IMG/VR virus record: IMGVR_UViG_3300045988_123629
Source: a virus
Length of the DNA: 64,000 nt
Strand: one strand, 5' to 3'
The notes beneath the pieces are model-generated. The model was given only the letters and a program-made list of their open reading frames with translations. It was not told where the DNA came from and searched no databases. This document shows positions 51,166 to 60,795 of the stretch, in pieces. Position 1 is the stretch's first letter. Each line of letters begins with the position of its first letter. The translations under genes and the position numbers were made by a program.

Positions 51166-51212
51166 AAAATAAGGGAGACATTCTTAATTGAATGTCTCCC
51201 TTATTTTTTTTA
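51165..51212. terminator. bidirectional rho-independent terminator between convergent genes
   Basis: aaaaaataagggagacattc, loop ttaatt, gaatgtctccctt, then atttttttt; A-run on the left side and T-run on the right. Confidence 0.7.
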
Positions 51213-51926
51213 TCTAAATGGATTTTTCCATCGTCGATTAATTTCTTCATAGCCTTTTTTAGGAAAATATAAAACTTCACCATTTTTAAAAGTTAAATTA
51301 TCTTTATTCATTATTTTAATTTGATTTAAATTAATAATTAAACTTGGTGGAATAAAGACAAAATCTGGATGATAAACTAAAGTTCCTATATAATTTTCAA
51401 AAGAAGTTTTTAAAGTTTTACTATTTAGAATTTCATTCTCTAAATGACAGCACAAATTTCGTTTTTGAATATCAGCGTATAATACTTTATTTAAATCAAT
51501 TTTTACTTCTCCATTAGGAGTATCTAAATATTTATATTCACGTCTTTTTTCTTCTCTAACTTCATGTAAAATAGAAAAAATTTTTTCTTTATTAACAGGC
51601 TTTTTGACAAAATTAAATGCCTTTACTTCATAAGAAGCTACTCCACAATTTATTTGAGAGGAAACAAAAATTATTTTTCCAATATACCCATTTGTCCTTA
51701 AAAGATGAGCTATTTCAATACCATCCATTTTTTTAAATGTAATCCCTAAAAAAATTGCATCATAATCAATATTAGAGTTAATTAATTTTTCAGGATCAGT
51801 AAATTTATATACATATCCTGGTAAATTAAAATCTTTAAAATACTGATTTATTATTTCTTCCAATGAGTCATTTTGCTAATCGCTATTGTCGCAAACACCT
51901 ACGATAAAAATTTTAATCACCTTCAT
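51210..51926 (-). CDS. LytTR-family response-regulator-like transcription factor with a degenerate receiver domain
   Basis: Minus-strand ATG at 51926 (MKVIKIFIVGVCDNSD), with a TAG in frame to ORF 51210-51863; receiver-like region GKIIFVSSQINC...VKAFNFVKKP and C-terminal LytTR-like region (KIDLNKVLYADIQ...HPDFVFIPPSLIINLNQIK...EVLYFPKKGYEEINRRW); TAA stop; no obvious Shine-Dalgarno. Confidence 0.65.
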
Positions 51927-52058
51927 TTTGTTTATTTTAGAAAAAATTTTTCTATCTTTATATTCTTTCTATATTATAATTATACAAAAATTTTTAAATA
52001 TTGTAAAATAAAAAATTATAAAGTGTCAAATTTATTTAATTTTGAGTAAGTGAAATTT

Positions 52059-52086
52059 TTATCCAAAAAGTGTCAGTAATTATAAT
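52059..52086 (+). promoter_or_regulatory. candidate sigma70 promoter for the island operon
   Basis: ttatcc at 52059-52064, 16-nt spacer, tataat at 52081-52086; about 84-nt leader to the ATG at 52170. Confidence 0.35.
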
Positions 52087-52169
52087 ATATTTACACAAAA
52101 TAAAAGTTATATAATAATGAAAGAAAAAGATAAAACCTTTCATTATTATATTTCTCCGGAGGTAATAAC

Positions 52170-52616
52170 ATGAATACTTATGGTTATCCATAGCAGTAGT
52201 ATCCAATAGGTAATAATAGACCTATTTATGGAACAACTGCTACCCCTGTGATTCAAAACAATACTGCATAGCGAATTAGACCTGTTGCTTCTTTAGAAGA
52301 GGTTCGAGCTATGAATATAGATTTTGATGGTTCAGTTTTTTATTTTCCTGACTATGCTAATCGTAGAATTTATACAAAACAAATAAATATGGATGGAACA
52401 GCTTCTATTAATATGTATGAATTAAAGGAAATCCCGAATTCTTCTTAGCCTAATAATGATTATATAACACGAGAGGAATTTAATACTACCTTAACTTCTA
52501 TTAAAGAAGTTTTTGCATAGATCATGGGATCCAATAACGCGGTTGCGCCGTCCCAAGGGATGGATTAGCCAGCTCAATAGCAACCAGCAGAGAGCAAACC
52601 GCAGTTTAATTTTTAA
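52170..52616 (+). CDS. Gln/Asn-rich hypothetical protein, 148 aa, island gene 1
   Basis: RBS ggaggtaataacATG; 8 in-frame TAGs; product YGYPQQQYPIGNN...PAQQQPAESKPQFNF if TAG is Gln. Confidence 0.45.
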
Positions 52617-52628
52617 GGAGAGTTTCAA

Positions 52629-52877
52629 ATGACACAATCAATGAATCCAATGCAAATTATCGCTATGATTAAAAACGGTCAAAATCCATAGCAATTAGTT
52701 TTATCTATGCTTGAAAATCAAATGGGTGGAACGCCAATGGGCAATAATTTATTACAAATGGCACGGAACGGTCAATCCGATGACATTGAAAAATTTGCTC
52801 GTAATTTGTTTGAATCAAGAGGTTTGAATTTCGATAAAGAATTTAATAGTTTTAAGTCCCAAATGGGGTTTAAATAA
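52629..52877 (+). CDS. small hypothetical protein, 82 aa, island gene 2
   Basis: RBS aaggagagtttcaaATG; one TAG (NPQQLV if TAG is Gln); TAA stop. Confidence 0.45.
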
Positions 52878-52903
52878 ATAAAATTATAGAAAGAGGTTTT
52901 GTT

Positions 52904-53785
52904 ATGTTTAATTACAATTATCCAATGAGCACGCCGAATTATTCATTATCCGATATTGCTGCGGCTTCTGGAAATGGCTATCGTAATAATGATGGCGGAA
53001 TGTGGGGAGACGGAGCATGGTGGATTATTATCCTGTTCTTATTCTGCTTCAATGGTTGGGGCGGTAATGGCTGGGGTAATAATGGTGCTAATGGTTCTGG
53101 TTTCCAAGGCACTACGACTCGAGAAGAATTAAATTATGGTTTTGATATTAGTGATCTTAAATCTGGAGTCAATAGTTTAAATTCTACTCTTTGCAATGGT
53201 TTTAGTGGAGTAAATACTAATCTTTTAAGTGGTTTTGCTAATCTTGCTGAAACTAATAATGCTAATACTCGCACTTTACAGAGTGATATCTGTAATATGG
53301 GTATGAACAATATGCAGAATACCTTTAGTATTACTCAGGCCATTAATGCTGATACTGTAGCAAGTATGCAGAATACTAATAATTTAACTCAGCAATTAAG
53401 TAATATGGCAGCTACTAACGCTCAATGCTGCTGCGAGAATAAACAGTTAATTCAGTCTAGTTTCGCGGATCTTAATTACAATCTTGCTAGTATTGCTTGC
53501 CAGAATCGTCAGGCTACCGTTGATGGTGTCCGCGATATTATTGACAACAATAATGCTAATATGCGTTCTATTCTTGACTTCCTTGTTCAAGATAAAATTG
53601 AGACTCTTACCAGTGAAAATAGCACTCTTAAAAATTAGATTTCTCAAAATCTTCAAAATGCTTATCTTATTGATCAGTTGTCTCCAAAAGCAACTCCTGC
53701 TTATATCGTTGCTAATCCTTATACTGGTGTTAGCTATACCAGTTATGGATGCGGTTATGGTTCAGGATGCGGTTGTAATTCCTGA
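52904..53785 (+). CDS. membrane protein with YjcZ-like Gly/Trp-rich transmembrane N-terminus, Asn/Gln-rich middle and Cys-rich C-terminus, 293 aa, island gene 3
   Basis: RBS gaaagaggttttgttATG; N-terminus GGMWGDGAWWIIILFLFCFNGWGGNGWGNNGANG; CCCENK and C-terminal YGCGYGSGCGCNS; one TAG; TGA stop. Confidence 0.5.
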
Positions 53786-53806
53786 TTGAAGAAAGAAGGT
53801 TAAATT

Positions 53807-54228
53807 ATGGAAATAACGGCTAATGCTTTACAATCAGTTGCTACTGGTTCTAATGTAGTATTCACTAACACAGCTGTTGCTGGAAACTGTTCCATAATGT
53901 ATCGCGAGGGTAGCGGTTTAGTTACCCTCCGCGGTCTTACGAACGGTCAACGCAGAGCTCGCTTCCGCATTTCATTTGGAGGTAATATAGGACTTCCAAC
54001 TACTGGAACTGCGGGTGCTATTTCTTTGGCTATAGCTATTAATGGAGAGCCAGTTACTACTTCTACAATGATTTCCACTCCTACGGCTACTGGATAGTTT
54101 AATAATGTTTCACGTGCTTTATTCCTCGATGTGTTAGGCGGTTGTTGCACTCAAATCAGTATTGAAAACACGAGTTCATAGGCTATTGATGTTGAAAACG
54201 CCAGCTTAATTATCGAGAGAGTGGCATA
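53807..54228 (+). CDS. BclA C-terminal-domain-like (C1q/TNF-like) exosporium-type protein, 140 aa, island gene 4
   Basis: RBS gaaagaaggttaaattATG; NVVFTNTAVAGNCSIMYREGSGLVTLRGL...RFRISFGGNIG...AISLAIAINGEPV pattern; one TAG; TAA stop. Confidence 0.4.
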
Positions 54229-54242
54229 AGGAGGTTTTTTAA

Positions 54243-54788
54243 ATGTGTGATAAATTCCAAGAAATTAAAAAACAATTATTAACTCAAGTAGAAGGCCAAA
54301 TGGCTCATTTAGAATGTGTTGATACAAAGGAAATGGGCGAAGTAATAGATATGATAAAAGACCTTGAAGAGGCTATTTATTATTGCACTATTACTGAAGC
54401 TATGAATGATTTACCTGAAACCACACATTATTATACTGAAAAATATAAATCTCCTCATAAAAAAAGAATCTATAAACCTATGACATATGATTATGATTGG
54501 GAAGATTATGATTATGATGAGCACGAATATGAGATGCCAACGAGTGGAAAATCTCGTGAAACCCATGATAGTAGAGAAGGTCGTAGTGGCGTCCATAGAA
54601 AGATGTATATAGAAGCCAAAGAACTTCATAAAGATAAGAGTGTTCAGATAAAAGAGTTAGATAAGTATCTTCAAGAATTAAGTTCTGATATAGTAGAAAT
54701 GATTGAAGATGCTTCTAATGATGAACGTTCTTATATGGAGAAGAAAATCTAGGCTTTAGCATCTAAAATTGGATCTATGAATGGTTAA
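54243..54788 (+). CDS. acidic Tyr/Asp-rich hypothetical protein, 181 aa, island gene 5
   Basis: RBS aaggaggttttttaaATG; DYDWEDYDYDEHEYE stretch; one TAG; stop overlaps the start of the next gene by 8 nt. Confidence 0.45.
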
Positions 54789-55101
54789 TATTAATAATAG
54801 GAATTGGAGGATACTATTAGTATCTTCCAATCATCCTATGTTAATGCGACCTTCTGGAATATATACTTTAGGTTCTTGTGATGATCCTACTTCAACAATT
54901 TATATTAATGAAAATATTAGCAATAAAAAATTAAAAAAAGTATTAGCACATGAATTAACTCATGCTGCTATTTTTAGCTATGATATTTCATTAAAACCAG
55001 AAGAAGAAGAATTGATTGCAGATTTAGTGGGAACTTATGGCGAAGAAATTATAAATAATACTAATCTTTTATTTAAATAGATAAAAAAAATAAGGGAATG
55101 A
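54781..55101 (+). CDS. mini ImmA/IrrE-like HExxH metallopeptidase, about 106 aa, island gene 6
   Basis: KKVLAHELTHAAIFSYD, where the HExxH is preceded by a basic stretch as in ImmA/IrrE; translationally coupled to 54243-54788; the ORF-track end at 55080 is a TAG and read-through gives a TGA at 55099-55101. Confidence 0.45.
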
Positions 55102-55137
55102 AACTATTTTTGTTTCATTCCCTTATTTTTTTTTATT
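55084..55137. terminator. bidirectional rho-independent terminator
   Basis: aaaaaaaataagggaatgaaac, loop tattttt, gtttcattccctt, then attttttttt. Confidence 0.7.
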
Positions 55138-55564
55138 AGTCTTTAAGCGGTAATTTTAAAGTCCTTTCATAGTACTCTTTAGCCTATCCATTTCCACCTA
55201 AACCTGCATATACTTTAAAGAATTCGACTAACTATTCATACTGCCCTGAAGTCATATATCCTTGTTTTAAGAAACTTTGACATAACTGAATTAATCTAAA
55301 TCTATAAGAAGCAAGAATTATTTCAATATATCTCTCACTAATTTTCTTTTCTTCCAATACGAAAGATCTTAAATTATTTAGATCTTCTTTGATTGGAGCT
55401 ATATGCTCTTCAATTAATTCTTCTAATTGTTCATCTTTCTTTTCTTCTGCCAATTTTTGATACATTTTCATTTGAGTATAAATATATCTACAAAAGGCTA
55501 AGAGGCCAGCAGAAATAAGACCAAAAAATATTTCTATAAAATGCTAGGCAATAAAAGTAGACAT
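55136..55564 (-). CDS. small membrane protein, 142 aa, last gene of the minus-strand module
   Basis: Minus-strand ATG at 55564 after a perfect aaggagg; N-terminal transmembrane helix FIEIFFGLISAGLLAF; ORF 55232-55471 extends through 2 TAGs to the TAA at 55136-55138. Confidence 0.45.
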
Positions 55565-55641
55565 AAAAAATACCTCCTTCCATTAACTTCTAATATATTT
55601 TAAAAAAAAGGAAGGAGGATTATTTATTTAAGGCCTATCTA

Positions 55642-56154
55642 TTATTCCCAATTAAAATTATTATTGGAACTTTCTTTCGTGAAATATGCAGTATATAAAC
55701 ATATAGCATCACATATATCATCATTGGCTTTTATATTATATTTTTGCTATACAAAATCAATATCGGCTTGTTTAAGAGTTTCACGTTTAATACTGCGACC
55801 GGTTTTAATTCCGAGTTTTTTACGCCATTCGCTGGCCTACATCAGCTCTAATGTTTTGGAAGTAAATGAAGAATTAACTTCATGTGCGCCTAACATTACT
55901 GCACCTTGAAGCCACATTAATAAACGTGAAGTGTCAGAATATCCATAAGTTTCAGGATGAACATCTTCCGCTACTATTTTCTCTATATTATATTTTTTTA
56001 CTAATTCAATAATCTAATCTTGTATTTTTTGTATTCTATCTAAATTATTAGAGGAAACTGCGGTTAGCAGTCCATAATTTAACATTTCTCCCTCGTTATT
56101 AGATACACAATAACCAGTAGATTTAGTAGATAAATCTAAAAAGAGGATATTCAA
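55642..56154 (-). CDS. RuvC-like Holliday junction resolvase
   Basis: Minus-strand TTG after aaggaggtaattac; LNILFLDLSTKSTGYCV (N-terminal catalytic Asp block) and ANDDICDAICLY (C-terminal Asp block); 3 in-frame TAGs; TAA stop. Confidence 0.6.
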
Positions 56155-56187
56155 GTAATTACCTCCTTTCTTTAAGGTTTGAGGTAA

Positions 56188-56706
56188 TTACTTTGAAGTT
56201 GAGCCAAATCCTCCAAGGCGGTCACCAGAAGCATTATCGTCTTCGGTGATTAAATAAGGTTTAATAATACCTTGACCAATAACATCACCTTTATGAAGTT
56301 GAATATCAAAAGGAGATAAATTAATCATTTGAAAATAAATATGTCCTTCATTATCAGGATTATTATAATAATCTGCATCAATAATCCCAACGCCATTAGC
56401 AAGAATAAGCCAATATTTTAAAGGGCAAGAACTGCGAACTGACAATTCAAGATATGTATTATCATTTAATTCACATTTAATTCCAGTAGGCACAAGAGTT
56501 GGTTTTGCTTTAAGATTTTTTGTCATATTACCCATATCTTCAAGAGAAATTGAATCAAAATAACGTGTTGGAAATCTATTTAACAAATTCTTGTATGCTG
56601 GAATTACAATATCTTCCGCTACTGTAAAATCGTAGCCTGCGGATTTTGCTGTTTTTCTTACAGGCAAAACCGCATCAGGATATTTGCTTACTCGTTCAAA
56701 CTTCAT
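56188..56706 (-). CDS. dut: dUTP diphosphatase
   Basis: 172 aa; GVGIIDADYYNN and C-terminal GDRLGGFGSTSK motifs of trimeric dUTPases; TAG-free. Confidence 0.8.
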   Translation of the reverse strand: MKFERVSKYPDAVLPVRKTAKSAGYDFTVAEDIVIPAYKNLLNRFPTRYFDSISLEDMGNMTKNLKAKPTLVPTGIKCELNDNTYLELSVRSSCPLKYWLILANGVGIIDADYYNNPDNEGHIYFQMINLSPFDIQLHKGDVIGQGIIKPYLITEDDNASGDRLGGFGSTSK

Positions 56707-56954
56707 TAAAAGCTTACCTCATAATTTACATCAATATTACTAATAGGATCTTTTTCATCATTGAATTTCTTAACAAGAGTGACTTGATACCATTCATCGA
56801 CAATTTCACCCTTAGCCTTTTTTTCTTTCTTTACTGAACTATACTTAGCTAAAATATATTTAGTTTCAGCCTTAGCCTCATCAATAAGCGCGGCCGCACT
56901 CTCTTCATTATCTACACGATAAACTTCTGTAGCACTTACAAGATACTTATTCAT
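56706..56954 (-). CDS. hypothetical protein, 82 aa
   Basis: Start and stop overlap neighbouring genes; TAG-free. Confidence 0.4.
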   Translation of the reverse strand: MNKYLVSATEVYRVDNEESAAALIDEAKAETKYILAKYSSVKKEKKAKGEIVDEWYQVTLVKKFNDEKDPISNIDVNYEVSF

Positions 56955-57214
56955 TAACCTACCTCAACTTTAATTTCTTTTCTATTGGAATAATTTAAAT
57001 TATTACTTTCATAAATTTTTGGAATTAATTCATTAATAAAATCTTCAATACCATATAAACGTATAGTATCAGTATCGTTTTTATAACAAGATGCTACTAA
57101 AACATTTGGAAGATCAGAAATACTACAAGTTCCAATAGTTACTGCCATTCCGTCATCATAAGTTTTAAAAATATTTTGTTCCATTGAAAATAAATTAATA
57201 TTACAAACAATCAT
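56954..57214 (-). CDS. hypothetical protein, 86 aa
   Basis: Tightly packed in the operon; TAG-free. Confidence 0.4.
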   Translation of the reverse strand: MIVCNINLFSMEQNIFKTYDDGMAVTIGTCSISDLPNVLVASCYKNDTDTIRLYGIEDFINELIPKIYESNNLNYSNRKEIKVEVG

Positions 57215-57748
57215 TTAATTACACTCCACAATACCAGCATCATATTGGAATAAATAAAAACAATAAGATTCATTATCAATATTTATCCAAATTTCAATAG
57301 CGCCATTATTATTTTTTTCCCAACCAACAATACTTCCTAATTCTTGACAAAGTATAATTACCATACTCGCTAAAGAACCAGTTGAAATAATTGGAGGAAT
57401 ATTTTTGTGAAAAATGGTATAATAATTATAATCTTTACATAATAACATATAATACATTCCATATTCACTCATTTCATTAATACTACTCATTAATTTATTT
57501 AATTCTTCTTTATTAATCGGATCCATTTGTATCATAATATTTTTATTAAAATCATATAAATTCATTCCAGTTTGAAATGTAGTAGAATTATCTGACAAAT
57601 TATTAGTAGTAGTTCCTATCATTACCCATTCATTTCCAGTGTAACAATATTGTTTCTGATCTTCACCAGAAATGGCAATAGTTCCTTCTTCGAATTTACG
57701 AGGAGAATTATATAATTCTCCCATCGTATTAGTATAAAAAACATTCAT
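57215..57748 (-). CDS. hypothetical protein, 177 aa
   Basis: RBS ataggagattatataacaATG on the minus strand; TAG-free. Confidence 0.45.
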   Translation of the reverse strand: MNVFYTNTMGELYNSPRKFEEGTIAISGEDQKQYCYTGNEWVMIGTTTNNLSDNSTTFQTGMNLYDFNKNIMIQMDPINKEELNKLMSSINEMSEYGMYYMLLCKDYNYYTIFHKNIPPIISTGSLASMVIILCQELGSIVGWEKNNNGAIEIWINIDNESYCFYLFQYDAGIVECN

Positions 57749-57781
57749 TGTTATATAATCTCCTATCTATTTCATAGAAAA

Positions 57782-57810
57782 ATTATATCACAAATTTTCT
57801 TTTTTGTCAA
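57782..57810 (-). promoter_or_regulatory. consensus sigma70 promoter (TTGACA, 17-nt spacer, TATAAT) on the minus strand
   Basis: Reverse complement reads ttgaca aaaaagaaaatttgtga tataat; about 25 nt upstream of the RBS of 57748. Confidence 0.55.
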
Positions 57811-57829
57811 GTTTTAAATTAATAATGTT

Positions 57830-58282
57830 CTAATTGCGAGAACCGCGCAAAGGTAAAGTAATATCTCTTTCCTTTTGGATATATGGTCCATCAATTAGAT
57901 AATCAGCAGTTTTTAGTATATTCTTAATTCTAATATTATTACTATTCTTTAAATCATCATAAACATATCCAGTCCATATATATATTTTAATGTTTGGATA
58001 TATTTTTTTAATTTCAGTAATAACTAAATTAGTTAAAAATTCGTTTTCAGGGCAGAGAGGTTCTCCACCCATAATACAAAGATTACGCGCAACATTATTC
58101 GCATTAATAGCAGTAATTAATTCATCTAATACTTTATTAGTAAATTCTTTGCCACCATTAAAATCCCACGTTTCAGGATTCTGACATCCTTCACAATGGT
58201 GCGGGCACCCTTGTGTAAAAAATGATACACATACTCCGGGTGCCGCCGCCAAATCATTCTTTATAATTCCTGCATATTTCAT
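57830..58282 (-). CDS. nrdG: anaerobic ribonucleotide reductase activating protein (radical SAM)
   Basis: CVSFFTQGCPHHCEGCQN Cx3Cx2C cluster near the N-terminus; start overlaps the nrdD stop (ATGA); TAG-free. Confidence 0.8.
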   Translation of the reverse strand: MKYAGIIKNDLAAAPGVCVSFFTQGCPHHCEGCQNPETWDFNGGKEFTNKVLDELITAINANNVARNLCIMGGEPLCPENEFLTNLVITEIKKIYPNIKIYIWTGYVYDDLKNSNNIRIKNILKTADYLIDGPYIQKERDITLPLRGSRN

Positions 58283-60600
58283 TCTAATGCTCCTGTATGT
58301 TTTACTCTTGCTTCAACTTCTTTTTGTTTACCCCAGTTAAAAGCAGTTTTATAATTGCCTGTAAGATAGCCAGTTACACGACGTAATTGCTGAATATTAT
58401 GGCTTCCACACACTGGGCAAGAATCATTAAATTCATCACAATAACCGCATTCAAGGCAAGTGTCATTAGGAACATTTACTGCGAAATAAGGAATATCATG
58501 ATCCATAGCATAATTAACAATAGTTTCAAGAGCATCAATATTATGTTTTACAGTAGAATCAAGTTCAACATAAGTGATACATCCTGCGGATGAATAACCA
58601 GTCAGCTCAGATTCAATATCAATTTTTTCAAATGGACTCATTTCTTTCCACACCGGAACATGAATACTGTTAGTGAAAAATTCTCTATCACTAACATTAG
58701 GGATAATTCCATACCTTTCTTTAAATTTCGTCATAGCTGTATAACAAAGATTTTCTGCTGGAGTATAGTATACACCAAAATTTAATTTATATTTTTCTTT
58801 GTATTCAGCGCATCTTTCTTTAAATAATTGTTCAATTTGTTTAGCTAATTCCATTCCTTCTGAAGTGGTGTGGTCTTTACCAATAAGAATTTGAAGAGTT
58901 TCTGCCAAACCTAACTGACCAATAGCAAGAGTTCCATGCTTAAGAGCAGAACGAATTCCCTCTTCTGGGATATAGCCTGCCATAACGTTATTTTCATACA
59001 TAAATTTCGCGGAACCTGGATCTTGAGAACAAATCCACTCAAAACGCTCCATTAATTGAATACGCGCTTCATTGATTTTTCTATCGAGTAAAGACATAAA
59101 TCGTTCTACGCCAATTTTAGTCCGTTCTTCTTGAGACAATGATTTATAGTCATCCCAATTATCATTTTCATTTAGAGTAACGGCCATCATCGCTAGAGTA
59201 GGAAGAATAATAGTAACTGGACAAATATTTCCACGTCCATCTTTAAGCTGGCCGAATCCATTAATATCCCATCCATTCGCGGTTCTGCATCCCATCGTAG
59301 AAAAATAAGTGCGAGGATCATTAATATCATATCCAGCATTACCGGACCAATCAACATTTGCATAATTAGGATAAAGGCGTCTTGCGGTGCTTTCTAATGC
59401 TAATCTATATAAATCATAGTTAGGATCACCAGGTTTGCGGTTAACACCTTTCATACATTGGAAAATTCCACAAGGGAAAATCGAAGTTTTATGAAGTTTA
59501 CCAAGACCTTCAATAGAAACATCTAATAACGCCTTAGTCACCATTCTGCCTTCTGGTAAGGTGCAAGTGCCATAATTAATACTCGTAAATGGTAATTGGT
59601 TACCGCTACGAGACTGTAAAGTATTAAGATTATGGTAAAGACCTTCTGCAGCTTGATGAGTCTCACGGACAGTCATATCATAGGCATAATCATAAGCCTT
59701 TTTATAAGTTTCAGAAGCTAATAAATAACTAACTGCATTTTCTTCTTCAGTTTTTGTTGTGGCATTTCGGTATGATTGAATAGGCATTTTTGATGTGTCT
59801 AAATCTCCTAATACATTATTAACAATATAGTTATAATCATTAGGACTATATAAGTATTTAACTCCATCTTTAAAATGCTTCCAAAAAGATTTTCTTACAT
59901 AAGGAACCATAGTCCAATCTAAGTGAGTGGCACTAACTCCGCCAAACTAACAAAGACTTTGGATTTGAAAAATAACAGCAATTAATTGAAATGCTGTATT
60001 AATTGAACCCGCAGGACGAACATCTGCTTGACGAGTATTAAATCCATTAGCAAGCAAATTATCAAAAGGAATACTTAAACAGTTATGAGAACCAACATAA
60101 TAAGAATCAAGATCGTGAGTATATATCATATTATCAATATGATTCTTACGAGCCATAGGGGAAAGTAAGTAATCAAGTGCAAGTTGTTTGGTGACAACAC
60201 CACTTGCTTCACCTATACGACCACCGAATGAATGTTCATCAACATTAGCATTTTGATTTTTTACGTTATTACCATCGAGCTTTTCACGAATTGCTTTAAT
60301 AAAATCATCTTTTTTATTACGAGCAACTTCTTTTTTATATCTATATCTGATATAAGCACGAGCAACATCGCGTCGCTCAGAACGCATTAAATAATCTTCA
60401 ATCCAATCTTGAAGATCTTCTACTCCAACACTTCCATCGGGGAAATGATTTATTTGTCTTTCAATGTCTTCCGCGATATCTTTTGCGGTATCATCTTCAT
60501 ATAGTTTACCATCAACTTCAATAAATGCTTTATTTATTGCGTTAATAATTTTCTTTTTATTAAATTGAGTTATACTTCCATCACGTTTAATAATATACAA
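58279..60600 (-). CDS. nrdD: anaerobic ribonucleoside-triphosphate reductase
   Basis: ORFs 59947-60600 (ATP-cone-like MYIIKRDGSITQFNKKKIINAI) and 58279-59910 are in the same frame, joined across in-frame TAGs; C-terminal CGYCDEFNDSCPVCG Zn ribbon and RVTGYL glycyl-radical motif; TTG start 9 nt after ggagg. Confidence 0.85.
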
Positions 60601-60618
60601 TTTTTTTTGCCTCCAAAC

Positions 60619-60659
60619 TAAATATAGTAGTTCTTTTAGAATATTCTACTATATTTAGG
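60619..60659. repeat. perfect 13-bp inverted repeat with 15-nt spacer, directly upstream of the nrdD RBS
   Basis: ctaaatatagtag, spacer of 15 nt, then ctactatatttag. Confidence 0.6.
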
Positions 60660-60795
60660 TTTTGTTAGTAAATAATTATTTATCTTGGTCCATTTCCGCC
60701 CATTGCTTAACTTTTTGAGTTAAAAGATTAACAATATTATTATAATCTTCTAATGTTTCATTTGTCACAACATTGCACTTAATATCATTCATTAG

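Noticed and set aside
55664-56837. Plus-strand ORFs 55664-55909 and 56646-56837
   Set aside because: They overlap the minus-strand RuvC-like and dUTPase genes, which have strong RBSs and recognisable catalytic motifs. They have no RBS of their own.
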